DNA of 64,000 bases from Candidatus Campbellbacteria bacterium GW2011_OD1_34_28 (GTDB lineage: Bacteria; Patescibacteriota; Minisyncoccia; Phycocordibacterales; UBA12079), in assembly GCA_001029775.1 (NCBI GenBank), contig CP011215.1, forward strand, positions 682,303-746,302, written 5' to 3'. A program made the translations under genes and the position numbers. How positions within the stretch are numbered: position 1 is the first letter of the stretch; each line of letters starts with the position of its first letter. Positions 19,253-28,836 of this stretch are shown piece by piece. Under the pieces are notes generated by a model. That model was given only the letters and a program-made list of their open reading frames with translations, was not told where the DNA came from and searched no databases.

Positions 19253-20785
19253 ATGACGTCACTCCCCAAAAAAGAAATTAAACTTGAAGATTTGTTGAAC
19301 GAAATGAAACACATAGACAGTGATGGTAAAAGATTTGTCACAAAGGCTTTCAATTTTGCCCAAAAAGCACACGAGGGTCAATTTCGACAATCAGGTGATC
19401 CATATTTTTCACATGTGTTTGAAACAGCGAGAATTTTAGCTGAAATCAAAATGGGTCCAAATGTAATTGCATCTGGACTACTCCATGATGTTCTTGAAGA
19501 CACAGATACAGACCCAGAAGAAATTCGAAAAGAGTTCGGAGAGGATGTTTTATTTTTGATTCAAGGTGTAACCAAGCTAGGAAAACTTAAATACCGAGGT
19601 CTTAAAAGACATACAGAAAGTTTAAGAAAGTTTTTTATTGCTACATCAAAAGATGTCCGAGTTTTAATCATCCGTCTGGCTGACCGCTTACATAATATGG
19701 AAACTCTTGAATATTTGCCAAGAGAAAAACAAATTAGAAAATCAACAGAAGTTCTTGAAATCTTTGCGCCCCTTGCCTATCGATTAGGCATGAGATTTAT
19801 TCATAAAAAATTAGAAGACACAGCGTTTTCATATATACAGCCAGAAGAATACGAAAAAACAAAACAGCTTTTACGACAAAGAAAGAAGGCGGATATGAAA
19901 TTCTTAGAAAAGTTTGATCGTTCTCTTAAAAAAGCCCTTGCAAAAGAAGGCATGACAAAATTTTCCACGAGTTTTAGAATAAAAGGTCTTTACAGTTTAT
20001 ATAAAAAATTAAAAAGAAAAGAAGATGGTGTCGAAAAAATTCACGACATAACAGCTTTGAGGATAGTTACAAATTCGGTTGCTGATTGTTACAAAGTGCT
20101 GGGGATAATTCATAGCATATGGAAACCATTACCTGGGCGTCTAAAAGATTACATCGCCTTACCAAAACCAAATGGATATCAAAGTATCCACACTACTATA
20201 TTTACAGGAGATGGGGGAATTATTGAAATACAAATAAGGACTCAGGAAATGCACAATACCGCTGAAATGGGTATTGCATCTCATATCTCTTACAAAGAAA
20301 GAAAAGTTTCTGGAGAAATTTTATCTCAAATAATCTGGTTCAAAAATATTCTTTCCAGATCAACTGGGCAAAATACAGACATAGACAGAAGAAAAACACA
20401 AAGAGACAGTACTCCTGATTGGATAAAAAATCTTGGAGAGGAGTCAGAGGTTAAAAAAGATGGACAACAACTTATAGAAGATTTAAAGAAAGATTTTTTT
20501 GGTCACAGAGTTTTCGTATTTACACCGAGTGGAGATGTTATTGATCTTCCGTTTGAAGCAAGTCCAATAGATTTTGCATATGCGATACATAGCTACATTG
20601 GTAATCACTTAACAGGTGCAAAAATAAATGGAAAACTAGCATCTCTTGATACAAGACTAAAAAACGGAGACATCGTAGAAATTGTCACAAAAAAGACAGC
20701 TGGACCTACGAGAAAGTGGTTAGATCTTGTAAAGACATCTGAAGCAAAAAGAAACATCCGAGCAAAACTTAAATTAGATCAATAA
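19253..20785 (+). CDS. rel: (p)ppGpp synthetase/hydrolase, RelA/SpoT family (HD + synthetase + TGS domains)
   Basis: HD hydrolase motifs (HDVLEDT), RelA_SpoT synthetase core (RIKGLYSLYKK...GYQSIHT), TGS domain (VFVFTPSGDVIDLP). Confidence 0.85.
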   Translation: MTSLPKKEIKLEDLLNEMKHIDSDGKRFVTKAFNFAQKAHEGQFRQSGDPYFSHVFETARILAEIKMGPNVIASGLLHDVLEDTDTDPEEIRKEFGEDVLFLIQGVTKLGKLKYRGLKRHTESLRKFFIATSKDVRVLIIRLADRLHNMETLEYLPREKQIRKSTEVLEIFAPLAYRLGMRFIHKKLEDTAFSYIQPEEYEKTKQLLRQRKKADMKFLEKFDRSLKKALAKEGMTKFSTSFRIKGLYSLYKKLKRKEDGVEKIHDITALRIVTNSVADCYKVLGIIHSIWKPLPGRLKDYIALPKPNGYQSIHTTIFTGDGGIIEIQIRTQEMHNTAEMGIASHISYKERKVSGEILSQIIWFKNILSRSTGQNTDIDRRKTQRDSTPDWIKNLGEESEVKKDGQQLIEDLKKDFFGHRVFVFTPSGDVIDLPFEASPIDFAYAIHSYIGNHLTGAKINGKLASLDTRLKNGDIVEIVTKKTAGPTRKWLDLVKTSEAKRNIRAKLKLDQ

Positions 20786-20795
20786 AAATTATTTA

Positions 20796-20837
20796 AAAAC
20801 CCTCCTTGAGAATCTGATTTCCAAGGAGGGTTTTTTA
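20796..20837 (+). terminator. intrinsic terminator (ccctccttg...caaggaggg + T-run)
   Basis: 9-bp GC-rich stem followed by tttttt. Confidence 0.6.
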
Positions 20838-20844
20838 AATAAAT

Positions 20845-21609
20845 TTATTCAGAAATAAAAGTTCCAATAATAAAGATAGTTAATACTCCCAAAACTATTA
20901 AAACAAATTGTTTAGCGGTATCACCTGTTTTTCTTCTTTTAGAATTTAACTCTGGGATCAGATCGGACATCGCAATATATAAAAAATTTCCAGCTACAAT
21001 ACCCAAAGCAGGAGCAATAATCTTTTCCACTTGAGAAACAGCAAAAAAAGTCAAAACTGCTCCAAGTATTGTACTAAGAGAAACCAAAAAATTTGTCAGC
21101 AGTGCTTTTGATGTTGAAAAGCCTGAATTAACTAAAACAAAGAAATCTGATGCTTCTTGAGGGAATTCATGAGCCAATACCGCGACAGTTGTAACAATAC
21201 CGATTTCTATACCAGATGAAAAAGCCAAAGCTATAATTATTCCATCAATAAAATTGTGAATAAAGTCGCCCGCAAGAACCAAGTATCCTGCACTTTTAAA
21301 ATTTTTTTCTTCTTTCTCACAACAACCGTCATCTTCTTCGTGATGATGATACCAGTGCAAAAAACGAGAAAAAAGAAAAAAGAAAAGAAAACCGACTAGA
21401 ATATAAATGGAAACATTTTCCATTGATGTTTTTTCTACCGCCTCGGGCAAAATCTCGAAAAAGATTACCGCCAAAAATGTCCCCGCTGCAAATGAAAGAA
21501 ATTTTGAAAGATGTTTTTTAAACTTTTCGTAACCTAAAAATATCAAAAATATCCCCGTCAAAGATACAAGTGATTCAAGTACTGTTGCTAAAATAATATA
21601 TGAAAGCAT
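20845..21609 (-). CDS. ZIP-family metal cation transporter (ZupT-like)
   Basis: HNFIDG and HEFPQE motifs in TM helices; His-rich loop (HWYHHHEEDDGCC). Confidence 0.75.
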   Translation of the reverse strand: MLSYIILATVLESLVSLTGIFLIFLGYEKFKKHLSKFLSFAAGTFLAVIFFEILPEAVEKTSMENVSIYILVGFLFFFLFSRFLHWYHHHEEDDGCCEKEEKNFKSAGYLVLAGDFIHNFIDGIIIALAFSSGIEIGIVTTVAVLAHEFPQEASDFFVLVNSGFSTSKALLTNFLVSLSTILGAVLTFFAVSQVEKIIAPALGIVAGNFLYIAMSDLIPELNSKRRKTGDTAKQFVLIVLGVLTIFIIGTFISE

Positions 21610-21627
21610 CGATGAAATTTTTAATTT

Positions 21628-21656
21628 TTAATTTTTAATTTTTAATTTTTCAAATA
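21628..21656. repeat. 7-bp tandem repeat (TAATTTT)x4
   Basis: ttaatttttaatttttaatttttaattttt in the ZIP/engB intergenic region. Confidence 0.6.
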
Positions 21657-22245
21657 ATTCGTCTTTTCCGTCTCCTGTCTTAGCAGAAAATAAGACAATA
21701 TTTTCTGTTCCCAATTTACGGGAAATTTCTTTTAGTTGTTTCAATCTTGCACCCTTGCTAATCTTGTCTATTTTGTTAGCTGTTATTATAAAATCAAAAT
21801 TGTTTTCTTTCAACAAATTTATCATTTCTAAATCAAATTCTGATGGACCTACCTTGAAATCGATTATCAGTACGATTTTTCTTTTTGGCTTGACCTCTTC
21901 TGACAAAAGATACCATAAAATAAGTTTTCTCAATTTTTCTTTTTCAACCGATTTTATTTTTGCAAAACCATAACCAGGGAGGTCTACAAAAAACAAATCA
22001 TTATTAATTAAAAAGAAGTTTATTTCTCTTGTTTTTCCTGGCAACGATGAAGATTTAACAAGAGCTTTTTTAGTTCCAACCAAAGAATTTATGACACTAG
22101 ATTTTCCAACATTGGAACGACCAATAAACGCAATCTGTGGTCTTAGATCATTCAATATATCATCACTTCCTCTTATTCCTTTTATAAAATTAGCTGATTT
22201 AATTTCCATAGAATTCAGTATAGAGTAGCGAGTAGTAAGTAGCAA
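21628..22245 (-). CDS. engB: GTP-binding protein EngB/YihA
   Basis: G1 GRSNVGKSS, G3 DLPGYG, G4 NKID. Confidence 0.85.
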   Translation of the reverse strand: MLLTTRYSILNSMEIKSANFIKGIRGSDDILNDLRPQIAFIGRSNVGKSSVINSLVGTKKALVKSSSLPGKTREINFFLINNDLFFVDLPGYGFAKIKSVEKEKLRKLILWYLLSEEVKPKRKIVLIIDFKVGPSEFDLEMINLLKENNFDFIITANKIDKISKGARLKQLKEISRKLGTENIVLFSAKTGDGKDELFEKLKIKN

Positions 22246-22312
22246 GTAGTAAGTCTAAAAAAAATAATTAAAAACTTTTTTAATTTAATTTTTTAATTTA
22301 TAATTTAAGTCT

Positions 22313-22894
22313 ATGAAAATAATATCAGTATTTGGAGACAGTTTGGTTTATGGGATGGGCGATTCATTAGAAGGCGGTTGGGTTACTAGAGTTCAATACA
22401 AAATAAAAGGAAAAAATAAATTTTTAAATTTTGGAATCCCCGGGGATACTTCTAAAGATCTTCTCGAAAGAATTGACGAGGAACTAAAAGAAAGTAACCC
22501 TGATATCGTTATCGTTCTTATTGGTGCCAATGATTCACAATACAAAAATTCACCAGAAAACACCCTGATTAATATAGAACAATACAAAAATAATTTGGAA
22601 AAAATAGTAGAAAAAATTAAAAAATATACAAATGAAATTATTTTTATAGGATTGCCTAAAATGAATGACAGCATCACAACCGACTGGCACTATATTTATA
22701 ATTTCTGTAATAATAACTTACAAAAATATGATGCTATTATCAAAAATTTTTGTAAAGAAAATTCTTTTAAATACACTCGTCTCTTTGATCTCTTAGAAGA
22801 AGCTGATTTAGATGACGGAGCTCACCCCAACAGTAAAGGTTATGAAAAAATTGCAGACCGAATTGAAGTATCTTTAAGAGAAAATATCGCTTGA
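22313..22894 (+). CDS. SGNH/GDSL-family hydrolase
   Basis: GDSL (VFGDSLVYG), GANDS, DGAHP blocks. Confidence 0.7.
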   Translation: MKIISVFGDSLVYGMGDSLEGGWVTRVQYKIKGKNKFLNFGIPGDTSKDLLERIDEELKESNPDIVIVLIGANDSQYKNSPENTLINIEQYKNNLEKIVEKIKKYTNEIIFIGLPKMNDSITTDWHYIYNFCNNNLQKYDAIIKNFCKENSFKYTRLFDLLEEADLDDGAHPNSKGYEKIADRIEVSLRENIA

Positions 22895-22966
22895 TTTTTT
22901 CTAGCAAATGAATAGAATAATATTCAGGTTTGTTTTCAACATCAACTTTTTGGAGGAAGCAAAAGC

Positions 22967-23122
22967 ATGAACTGCACGAAAGACTACGACGGAAAAAACT
23001 GTAGGCGAGATGTCCGTTCGGGCGATTGCCCTGGAAAGAACAGGAATCGTTGTATTGCACCCTCGGGAACAGGCAAAAAACTGCCCATTGTCGGCGGTTT
23101 GATAAGCGCAAGCAGAAAATAA
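22967..23122 (+). CDS. small Cys-rich peptide (51 aa), unannotated in the ORF track
   Basis: GGAGGA 9 nt upstream of ATG; MNCTKDYDGKNCRRDVRSGDCPGKNRNRCIAPSGTGKKLPIVGGLISASRK; strong terminator immediately downstream. Confidence 0.35.
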   Translation: MNCTKDYDGKNCRRDVRSGDCPGKNRNRCIAPSGTGKKLPIVGGLISASRK

Positions 23123-23139
23123 GTCGTCGTACGACCTCC

Positions 23140-23172
23140 GTAACAGCCCACCTTGGTGGGCTGTTCTTTTTT
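23140..23172 (+). terminator. intrinsic terminator (aacagcccacc-ttgg-tgggctgtt + T-run)
   Basis: Perfect 10-bp stem followed by ctttttt. Confidence 0.65.
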
Positions 23173-23179
23173 AACGGAA

Positions 23180-23896
23180 TCAGTAAATATTTCCTAATAA
23201 ATAAGATTTTCTTAATTTTTCTGGAAATTTTTCAATTGCATAACGAAGCATTGTACGAGGCATTTTTTTGCAATATTTTTTCAAAAAAATCTCTTCTATT
23301 TTTCTGTCTCTATTCCCCACTTCTCGCAACATCCAACCAACCGCTTTATGTATCAAATCGTGTTTATCGTCCAAAAGAATTTCAGAAATTTTTAAAGTGT
23401 CAGTAAATTGATTCTCGCGAATAAGTGCAAATGTAGAAATAATAGAAATTCTCTTTTCCCAAAGATTTTTTGATTGAGCAAATTTATACAAAATTTTTCT
23501 ATCCGTTTTATCCAACAAATATCGCCCAACAATATTTGGAGCCGAAATATCCACCAAATCCCAGTTATTTATATTTTTAGAATTCTTGATATAAAAATCA
23601 AAAATCTTCTTTTGTAAGACGTCCGACACCTTACAATTTTTATATTTTTCAATCAAAATAACCAAAGCAACAAAATGATAATCGTGAATATTGCTATTCA
23701 ACAACTCTTGCAAGTCATCAAAATTTAAATCAGTATATTTTTTCGCGATTTTTCTTTTTGTCGGAGTATCAATTCCTAAAAACTTTTGCCCCTCCCCATA
23801 CTCGCCTTTTCCTGTTTTAAAAAACCACAAAGCTGTCTTTGCTTTTTCTACGTCTAAATTTTGCTTCAATTCCTTTTTTAATTTTACTAAACTCAT
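23180..23896 (-). CDS. DNA alkylation repair enzyme (AlkD/AlkC-like HEAT-repeat protein)
   Basis: All-helical repeat protein; C-terminal MPRTMLRYAIEKF typical of the PF08713 family. Confidence 0.55.
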   Translation of the reverse strand: MSLVKLKKELKQNLDVEKAKTALWFFKTGKGEYGEGQKFLGIDTPTKRKIAKKYTDLNFDDLQELLNSNIHDYHFVALVILIEKYKNCKVSDVLQKKIFDFYIKNSKNINNWDLVDISAPNIVGRYLLDKTDRKILYKFAQSKNLWEKRISIISTFALIRENQFTDTLKISEILLDDKHDLIHKAVGWMLREVGNRDRKIEEIFLKKYCKKMPRTMLRYAIEKFPEKLRKSYLLGNIY

Positions 23897-23914
23897 TTCA
23901 AAATTATAACAAAA

Positions 23915-23960
23915 AAATAAAAACCTCAGTAACTTGGTTACTGAGGTTTTTATTTTTTTG
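23915..23960. terminator. bidirectional terminator (cctcagtaac...gttactgagg)
   Basis: Hairpin flanked by A-run and T-run between convergent genes. Confidence 0.55.
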
Positions 23961-23977
23961 TTAGACTTTATTGGGTT

Positions 23978-24499
23978 TTATTTATTCCAGTTTCCTTCTC
24001 CATAACCTCTACCTTGTCTTTCTCCTCCCATTCTAACACCTTCTCCTTTGCCGATTCCTAGACCTTGCATAATTTCTCTTGCTCCATCCAAGTCCCCTGC
24101 TTCACGAAGAGCGTGAGCTTCTACCATCTTAGCAAAGATTTCTGGGGTAACCTTATCTTCCATAGGTGACCCAGCTACAGCTGTTTGGAATGCTGTGTAA
24201 TCGTTGTTTTCTACTGCTGTTCTAGATTCTTCTCTGTGAGCTTGCATAGCACCTCCTCTGTTAAAACCTTTTCCCATTCCCATCTGAGGCAATCCTGCTT
24301 GTTCTCTCAATGCATCTGCACCTTCAAAATCTCCACTCATTCTCAGATCGTGCATTTGATCAAGAACTGTTTTTTGTTCATCAGTTAAATCTTGAACTGC
24401 CTGTCCTCTTCCTACATTGTTATAGGCACTGGTTACTCCAACGCCACCAACAATGAAAGCAAGTGCCAAAACTGAAAAGCTTATTATTTTTCCATTCAT
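23978..24499 (-). CDS. periplasmic Spy/CpxP-like (LTxxQ motif) protein
   Basis: Signal peptide; LTDEQKTVLDQM motif; helical and Gly/Met-rich. Confidence 0.4.
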   Translation of the reverse strand: MNGKIISFSVLALAFIVGGVGVTSAYNNVGRGQAVQDLTDEQKTVLDQMHDLRMSGDFEGADALREQAGLPQMGMGKGFNRGGAMQAHREESRTAVENNDYTAFQTAVAGSPMEDKVTPEIFAKMVEAHALREAGDLDGAREIMQGLGIGKGEGVRMGGERQGRGYGEGNWNK

Positions 24500-24511
24500 A
24501 ATTTTAAATAA

Positions 24512-25423
24512 TTAATTTATAATCTTTGGGCCCGTAGGAGAGGTCGTCCCTCTCTCACACTCTATATTACGCACCTCAAAAATATTTCTTTCATCAAAAT
24601 TATTTTCTCTCATCATCCCTCTCATATTTTCAAATCTACCCTGTCCCATACCCATAAGAGGAGCCTCCACTCCTTCTCGGATAGCCCTTTCCATTATTTT
24701 ACTTCTTAGATAAGAATTTTCTCCACCCACTCTCCATGGTCTTACGACACAAGCATCAAAAGTATTTTCGTCTTTCACATAGCCTACCAAAGCAACGGTT
24801 TTTGCTTCATCCAAAATGATAAAATCAATCTCGTTTAGACGACTTACCTCAACCCTCCATTCTTTACCATTAAAATCTTTTAGCAAAATAACATCGCTTT
24901 TTTCTGAAGGAACTATTGTTCCTGCCAGCAATCCTTCTTCTGGGTGATTCCACAATCCCTGTCTCTTTTCTGTGAATCCTTGATATATAGGAATGTTTTT
25001 TCCTAACATATAATCAGCAAAATAAGCCAACCCAAATTGATAAAATATGAATCCAAAAATAATACTTATTAAAATACTTAATCCTGTTATTTTTGGAACA
25101 CTATATTTGTAACCATCTTTTGTATTTGAAAAATTATAATCAGCGGTCAAGACAAAACCTCCTAGGACAACAATCCATAAATAGGGTGCCATTTTTACAA
25201 TATGTTCAAACAAACTATTACTTAGGTAACGATAAGATTCCCAATCGCTATTTACCAATGTAAAAATTATCAGAGACACCGCAACGCCACCAACAAGAAC
25301 AGAAACCAAACCAAAAAACCACAAAAAATAATCTTTTAAGAGGAACTGCCATTTTGGTCTGGGATAAATATCTTTTTCTTTTATCGCGTCCAATATTTTA
25401 TTTTTTAAGTTTCTATGTTTCAT
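24512..25423 (-). CDS. membrane protein downstream of the ECF sigma gene; possible anti-sigma factor
   Basis: Cytoplasmic N-terminus then TM helices; 6 nt after the sigma gene stop (operonic). Confidence 0.3.
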   Translation of the reverse strand: MKHRNLKNKILDAIKEKDIYPRPKWQFLLKDYFLWFFGLVSVLVGGVAVSLIIFTLVNSDWESYRYLSNSLFEHIVKMAPYLWIVVLGGFVLTADYNFSNTKDGYKYSVPKITGLSILISIIFGFIFYQFGLAYFADYMLGKNIPIYQGFTEKRQGLWNHPEEGLLAGTIVPSEKSDVILLKDFNGKEWRVEVSRLNEIDFIILDEAKTVALVGYVKDENTFDACVVRPWRVGGENSYLRSKIMERAIREGVEAPLMGMGQGRFENMRGMMRENNFDERNIFEVRNIECERGTTSPTGPKIIN

Positions 25424-25428
25424 GTTAT

Positions 25429-26001
25429 TTATAATTTTATGTTTGTTTTTTCAAATTCTTCTTTAAATTGTTTCTTTGCTCGATTGATTAGTGTTGCGAC
25501 AGTCCCCATTGGTTTTTTTAAAATATCAGAAATTTCTTTGTAATCTTTTTGCTCAAAAAATTTTAGTATTAAAATTTCACGATATTTTTCGTCCAATTTT
25601 TCCAAAATTTCCTGAATATGCACTTTTAAATATTTTAAATCAATGTCTTTAATAAAGTCAAAATCATTTACAATATTCTCTAAAATTTTATCATCTACAT
25701 CTATATAATTTCCCTGAGGACGAGATTTATTTTTTCTATAATTATCAATTACTTGATTATGAGCAATTCTATAGATCCAAGAAGAGAAACTTAAATTTGA
25801 ATCATAATCATTTAAATTTTGATAAACTTTTATAAAAACATCTTGAAGAATATCCGGTAAATCATCTTTTCTTAAATTTGTAATTCTTTTTATGTAGCGA
25901 AAAAGTTTTTCCTCGTAGCGATCTACGATGTAGGCAAAAAAATCTCTGTTTTGCAGGGACAAAGCGACCAATTCTTCATCAGTTTTTTGAGAATCATCCA
26001 T
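25429..26001 (-). CDS. ECF-type RNA polymerase sigma-70 factor
   Basis: Region 2 (DILQDVFIKVY...SWIYRIAHNQVIDNYRK) and region 4 HTH (YKEISDILKKPMGTVATLINRAKKQ). Confidence 0.8.
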   Translation of the reverse strand: MDDSQKTDEELVALSLQNRDFFAYIVDRYEEKLFRYIKRITNLRKDDLPDILQDVFIKVYQNLNDYDSNLSFSSWIYRIAHNQVIDNYRKNKSRPQGNYIDVDDKILENIVNDFDFIKDIDLKYLKVHIQEILEKLDEKYREILILKFFEQKDYKEISDILKKPMGTVATLINRAKKQFKEEFEKTNIKL

Positions 26002-26118
26002 ATTTGTATTTTACTCTTTTAATACGAATTTTGATATATTTTCTTTCAATTTTTTTTAATTTGTGTATTATTCAATAAGGAAGGTAACTAAAGTCCACAA
26101 ACAAGAAAGAGGTAAAAA

Positions 26119-26310
26119 ATGAGCGAAAAAATTGATATTAAAGATTTTGTGTTTTGTATTTCGTGTAATATTTTTTATTTCAAAAATTTGAAAATGTGCC
26201 CTTTTTGCGAGTTTAAAAATAAGGTACATTCAAGTCATAACTCGGATAGAAAAGGGTATGGTTCTAGAGACCACACTTTCTCTACCGAGGCGCACGGTGA
26301 TAAATATTGA
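26119..26310 (+). CDS. small zinc-ribbon protein
   Basis: CISC...CPFC; followed by a strong terminator. Confidence 0.35.
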   Translation: MSEKIDIKDFVFCISCNIFYFKNLKMCPFCEFKNKVHSSHNSDRKGYGSRDHTFSTEAHGDKY

Positions 26311-26321
26311 TTAAGATTTTA

Positions 26322-26363
26322 AAGCCGTTTGGTTCGCGAGCGAACCAAACGGCTTTTTTTTTA
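26322..26363 (+). terminator. intrinsic terminator (aagccgtttggttcgcgagcgaaccaaacggctt + T9)
   Basis: 15-bp stem followed by ttttttttt. Confidence 0.65.
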
Positions 26364-26399
26364 ATCCTTAATATTTACTCCTTACACCTTTCCCCTAGC

Positions 26400-27122
26400 T
26401 TAAATTTTATTTAAATAAAATTTAAGCGTATATATCCAATCCTCGTCCGTCCCCTCTATTTCCTTCTGTTTCAACAACCACTCTAAATATCCAGCATCAA
26501 TTTTTGCCACATCTTCTACAAGAGAACCAATATGTTTTCCAAAAACAAATTTTTTAATAATTGATGGTTTTGAAGAAATATCCACCATTCTTTTTATTAT
26601 ATCTTCATAATCAGTGTCTGGGGCTTTCGCTTTGGCAATTTTATACAAATGACCAAAAACAGCCTCTAATACTTTTACATCTCCATCGGCGCTGTGGGCG
26701 ACAATATTTTCCAAATCAACATCATAATAATATCTCAAAAATTGCAAATTATATTCTGGAATTTCTTGCTTTTCATCCAAATATCTTGCCAATCTCAAAG
26801 TACAAATATATTGGGGAACGTTCAATCCCTCATTGTTAAGCATCGCAATATCAAATTTTGCGTTATGGGCTACCAAAATATTTTCTTTCAACAAATCACT
26901 CAATTCTTTTGATGTCTCACTATCAACGAAAGGTTCTTCGTTTTCAACCATTTTGTTCGTAATATTTGTGATACTCATTGCTTTAATAGAAATAGGCACA
27001 GGTGGTTTAAAATTTTTCACTGTCAATTTATCATCTATTTTATAACAAACCTGCATCAAACGATCTTTTTCCAAATCATTGCCTGTAGTTTCTGTGTCTA
27101 AAAAAATTAATTTATCTTTCAT
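26400..27122 (-). CDS. DnaQ/epsilon-like DEDDh 3'-5' exonuclease
   Basis: Exo I FLDTETTG, Exo II VAHNAKFDIAML, Exo III HSADGDV. Start moved to the internal Met (MKDK) because the upstream extension overlaps a terminator hairpin. Confidence 0.7.
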   Translation of the reverse strand: MKDKLIFLDTETTGNDLEKDRLMQVCYKIDDKLTVKNFKPPVPISIKAMSITNITNKMVENEEPFVDSETSKELSDLLKENILVAHNAKFDIAMLNNEGLNVPQYICTLRLARYLDEKQEIPEYNLQFLRYYYDVDLENIVAHSADGDVKVLEAVFGHLYKIAKAKAPDTDYEDIIKRMVDISSKPSIIKKFVFGKHIGSLVEDVAKIDAGYLEWLLKQKEIEGTDEDWIYTLKFYLNKI

Positions 27123-27137
27123 GAGAATAATTGTAGC

Positions 27138-27172
27138 ACAAAACAAAAAATCGTCCGCCAATTGGCGGACGA
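27138..27172 (-). terminator. intrinsic terminator for gene 27237..28019
   Basis: atcgtccgcca/tggcggacgat hairpin plus a U-run on the minus strand. Confidence 0.55.
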
Positions 27173-27236
27173 TCTTTTGTTTTAATATACATTTGTATTT
27201 ATTCGTATCATTCGCATCATTTGTATATTGGTATAT

Positions 27237-28019
27237 TTACTTAGAAAGAAGACGATTCAACCAACCAAATAGTGAAAATCCTCCTTTCTGTGCTTCTATT
27301 TCAGAAGTTAATTCTGTTTTAACTTGTTCCAATTCTTTGATCTGAGCGTTCAATGAATCAACAAGAGTTTGTGCTGTTACTTTTGAAACTTCTTCTCCCA
27401 TTTTTTGAAGTCTTTCATTATATTTTTCAACATACTGTTCAGCCTTTTTAATTTCTCCGTAATCAGGTCCGATGAAAAATCTTGCAAAACCTCCTCTCTT
27501 TGCCACATTTTCTATAACAACTTCTGCTTCTTCATATTCTTGATTTTGTTCCTGAGCCATTACTCTGATTTGTTCTCCTACTGTTTCAGAATCATCAGAA
27601 ACACGGATCATTTCTTGAACTGCGTTAGCAATTCTACTTCTTCTTTCTTCTGCTCTCTTTGCAAATTCAAATTTATCATCACTGTCTGTTGATGTGGCAA
27701 TATCATCATCTTCTGTAGATGTTGCTATATCATCGTCTGTTGAAGTTGCTGAGTCATCGTCAAATTCTGCTTCACCAAGTCTTTCAGTTTCTCTTTCTTG
27801 ATTCTTATTTTCTACTCCTTTTGAATCATCATCTGAATCAGATGATCCTGGACATTCTGCAAATTCACAGTTTGGTCCTTGTCTGCCAACAGAAGATCCA
27901 TCTGGACAAATTTTTGCCTCTAATGTACATGCTCTTTGTTGTTCAGCTTCAACAAATGAAATTGCTGAAACCAGTGTAAACACCAAAAACAGAGCAAAAT
28001 AGATACTATTTTTATTCAT
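27237..28019 (-). CDS. secreted acidic coiled-coil protein with DDDIATST tandem repeats
   Basis: Signal peptide (MNKNSIYFALFLVFTLVSAISFVEA); three DDIATSTxDD repeats; Glu/Gln-rich helical C-terminus. Confidence 0.4.
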   Translation of the reverse strand: MNKNSIYFALFLVFTLVSAISFVEAEQQRACTLEAKICPDGSSVGRQGPNCEFAECPGSSDSDDDSKGVENKNQERETERLGEAEFDDDSATSTDDDIATSTEDDDIATSTDSDDKFEFAKRAEERRSRIANAVQEMIRVSDDSETVGEQIRVMAQEQNQEYEEAEVVIENVAKRGGFARFFIGPDYGEIKKAEQYVEKYNERLQKMGEEVSKVTAQTLVDSLNAQIKELEQVKTELTSEIEAQKGGFSLFGWLNRLLSK

Positions 28020-28164
28020 AATTTTTATATATTTTGTGTTAAATTTAATTAATAATCCTTTAATAATTGATCTCAGAAACCAATCAAAAGGACATCTAAA
28101 GTATATCAAAAACACCGAAAAACACTAGCAAATTCAACACTTGTCAAAAAACCCTTATATCTTA

Positions 28165-28680
28165 CTAGTAAACTAGAATCTTTCCTAAATGAATATTATT
28201 AGTTGCATTTGTATATTCCCAAAGACCAACTTGAGTGAAGGTATACTCATACACTCCATCATAGCCAACAGTCTGTGACTGATTTAATTGTTTGTGAAAT
28301 AAATCACTCTGATCAGTCGCAAAAACTCTCATTGATGTACTTGATTTGTTAATGAACCTAACAGAAGTCCCCCTTTTTATAGTTAAATCATTAGGTGAAA
28401 AACCACTCTTGTAATAATAAATTAAATAAACACCCTCTGGAGTAATGGTCGAGGTTTTGGTAGTAGTCGTCTTTGTACCAGTCGTTGTATTTTTTGTAGA
28501 TGTCGTCGTAGTTTTATTTGTAGAAGTCGCTGTTGAACCTCCTTCTATAATTTCAACATTTGGTTCATTTTGATTATTATTAATCCCCACACCAAAATAG
28601 TTTTGATAGAAATAATAAGTTGCAACCGCCACCGCGCCAACCAACAAAATCAAAAATATATCCTTTATTTTTTCTTCCAT
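28165..28680 (-). CDS. membrane-anchored Thr-rich protein with a C-terminal beta-sandwich domain
   Basis: N-terminal TM; TTTSTKNTTTGTKTTTTKTST linker; C-terminal beta-rich domain. Confidence 0.35.
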   Translation of the reverse strand: MEEKIKDIFLILLVGAVAVATYYFYQNYFGVGINNNQNEPNVEIIEGGSTATSTNKTTTTSTKNTTTGTKTTTTKTSTITPEGVYLIYYYKSGFSPNDLTIKRGTSVRFINKSSTSMRVFATDQSDLFHKQLNQSQTVGYDGVYEYTFTQVGLWEYTNATNNIHLGKILVY

Positions 28681-28836
28681 AAAAATTTGATTAAATTTAT
28701 AAATATAATTATTAAATAAAATAGTTTCTTTTACTATTGATTAAATTATAACATCAAAAAACAAAAGAAAAACAATTAAAATCCAGATTTTACATATAAA
28801 AAATGCGGTCGTATTTTTTATATGTAAAATATTTTT

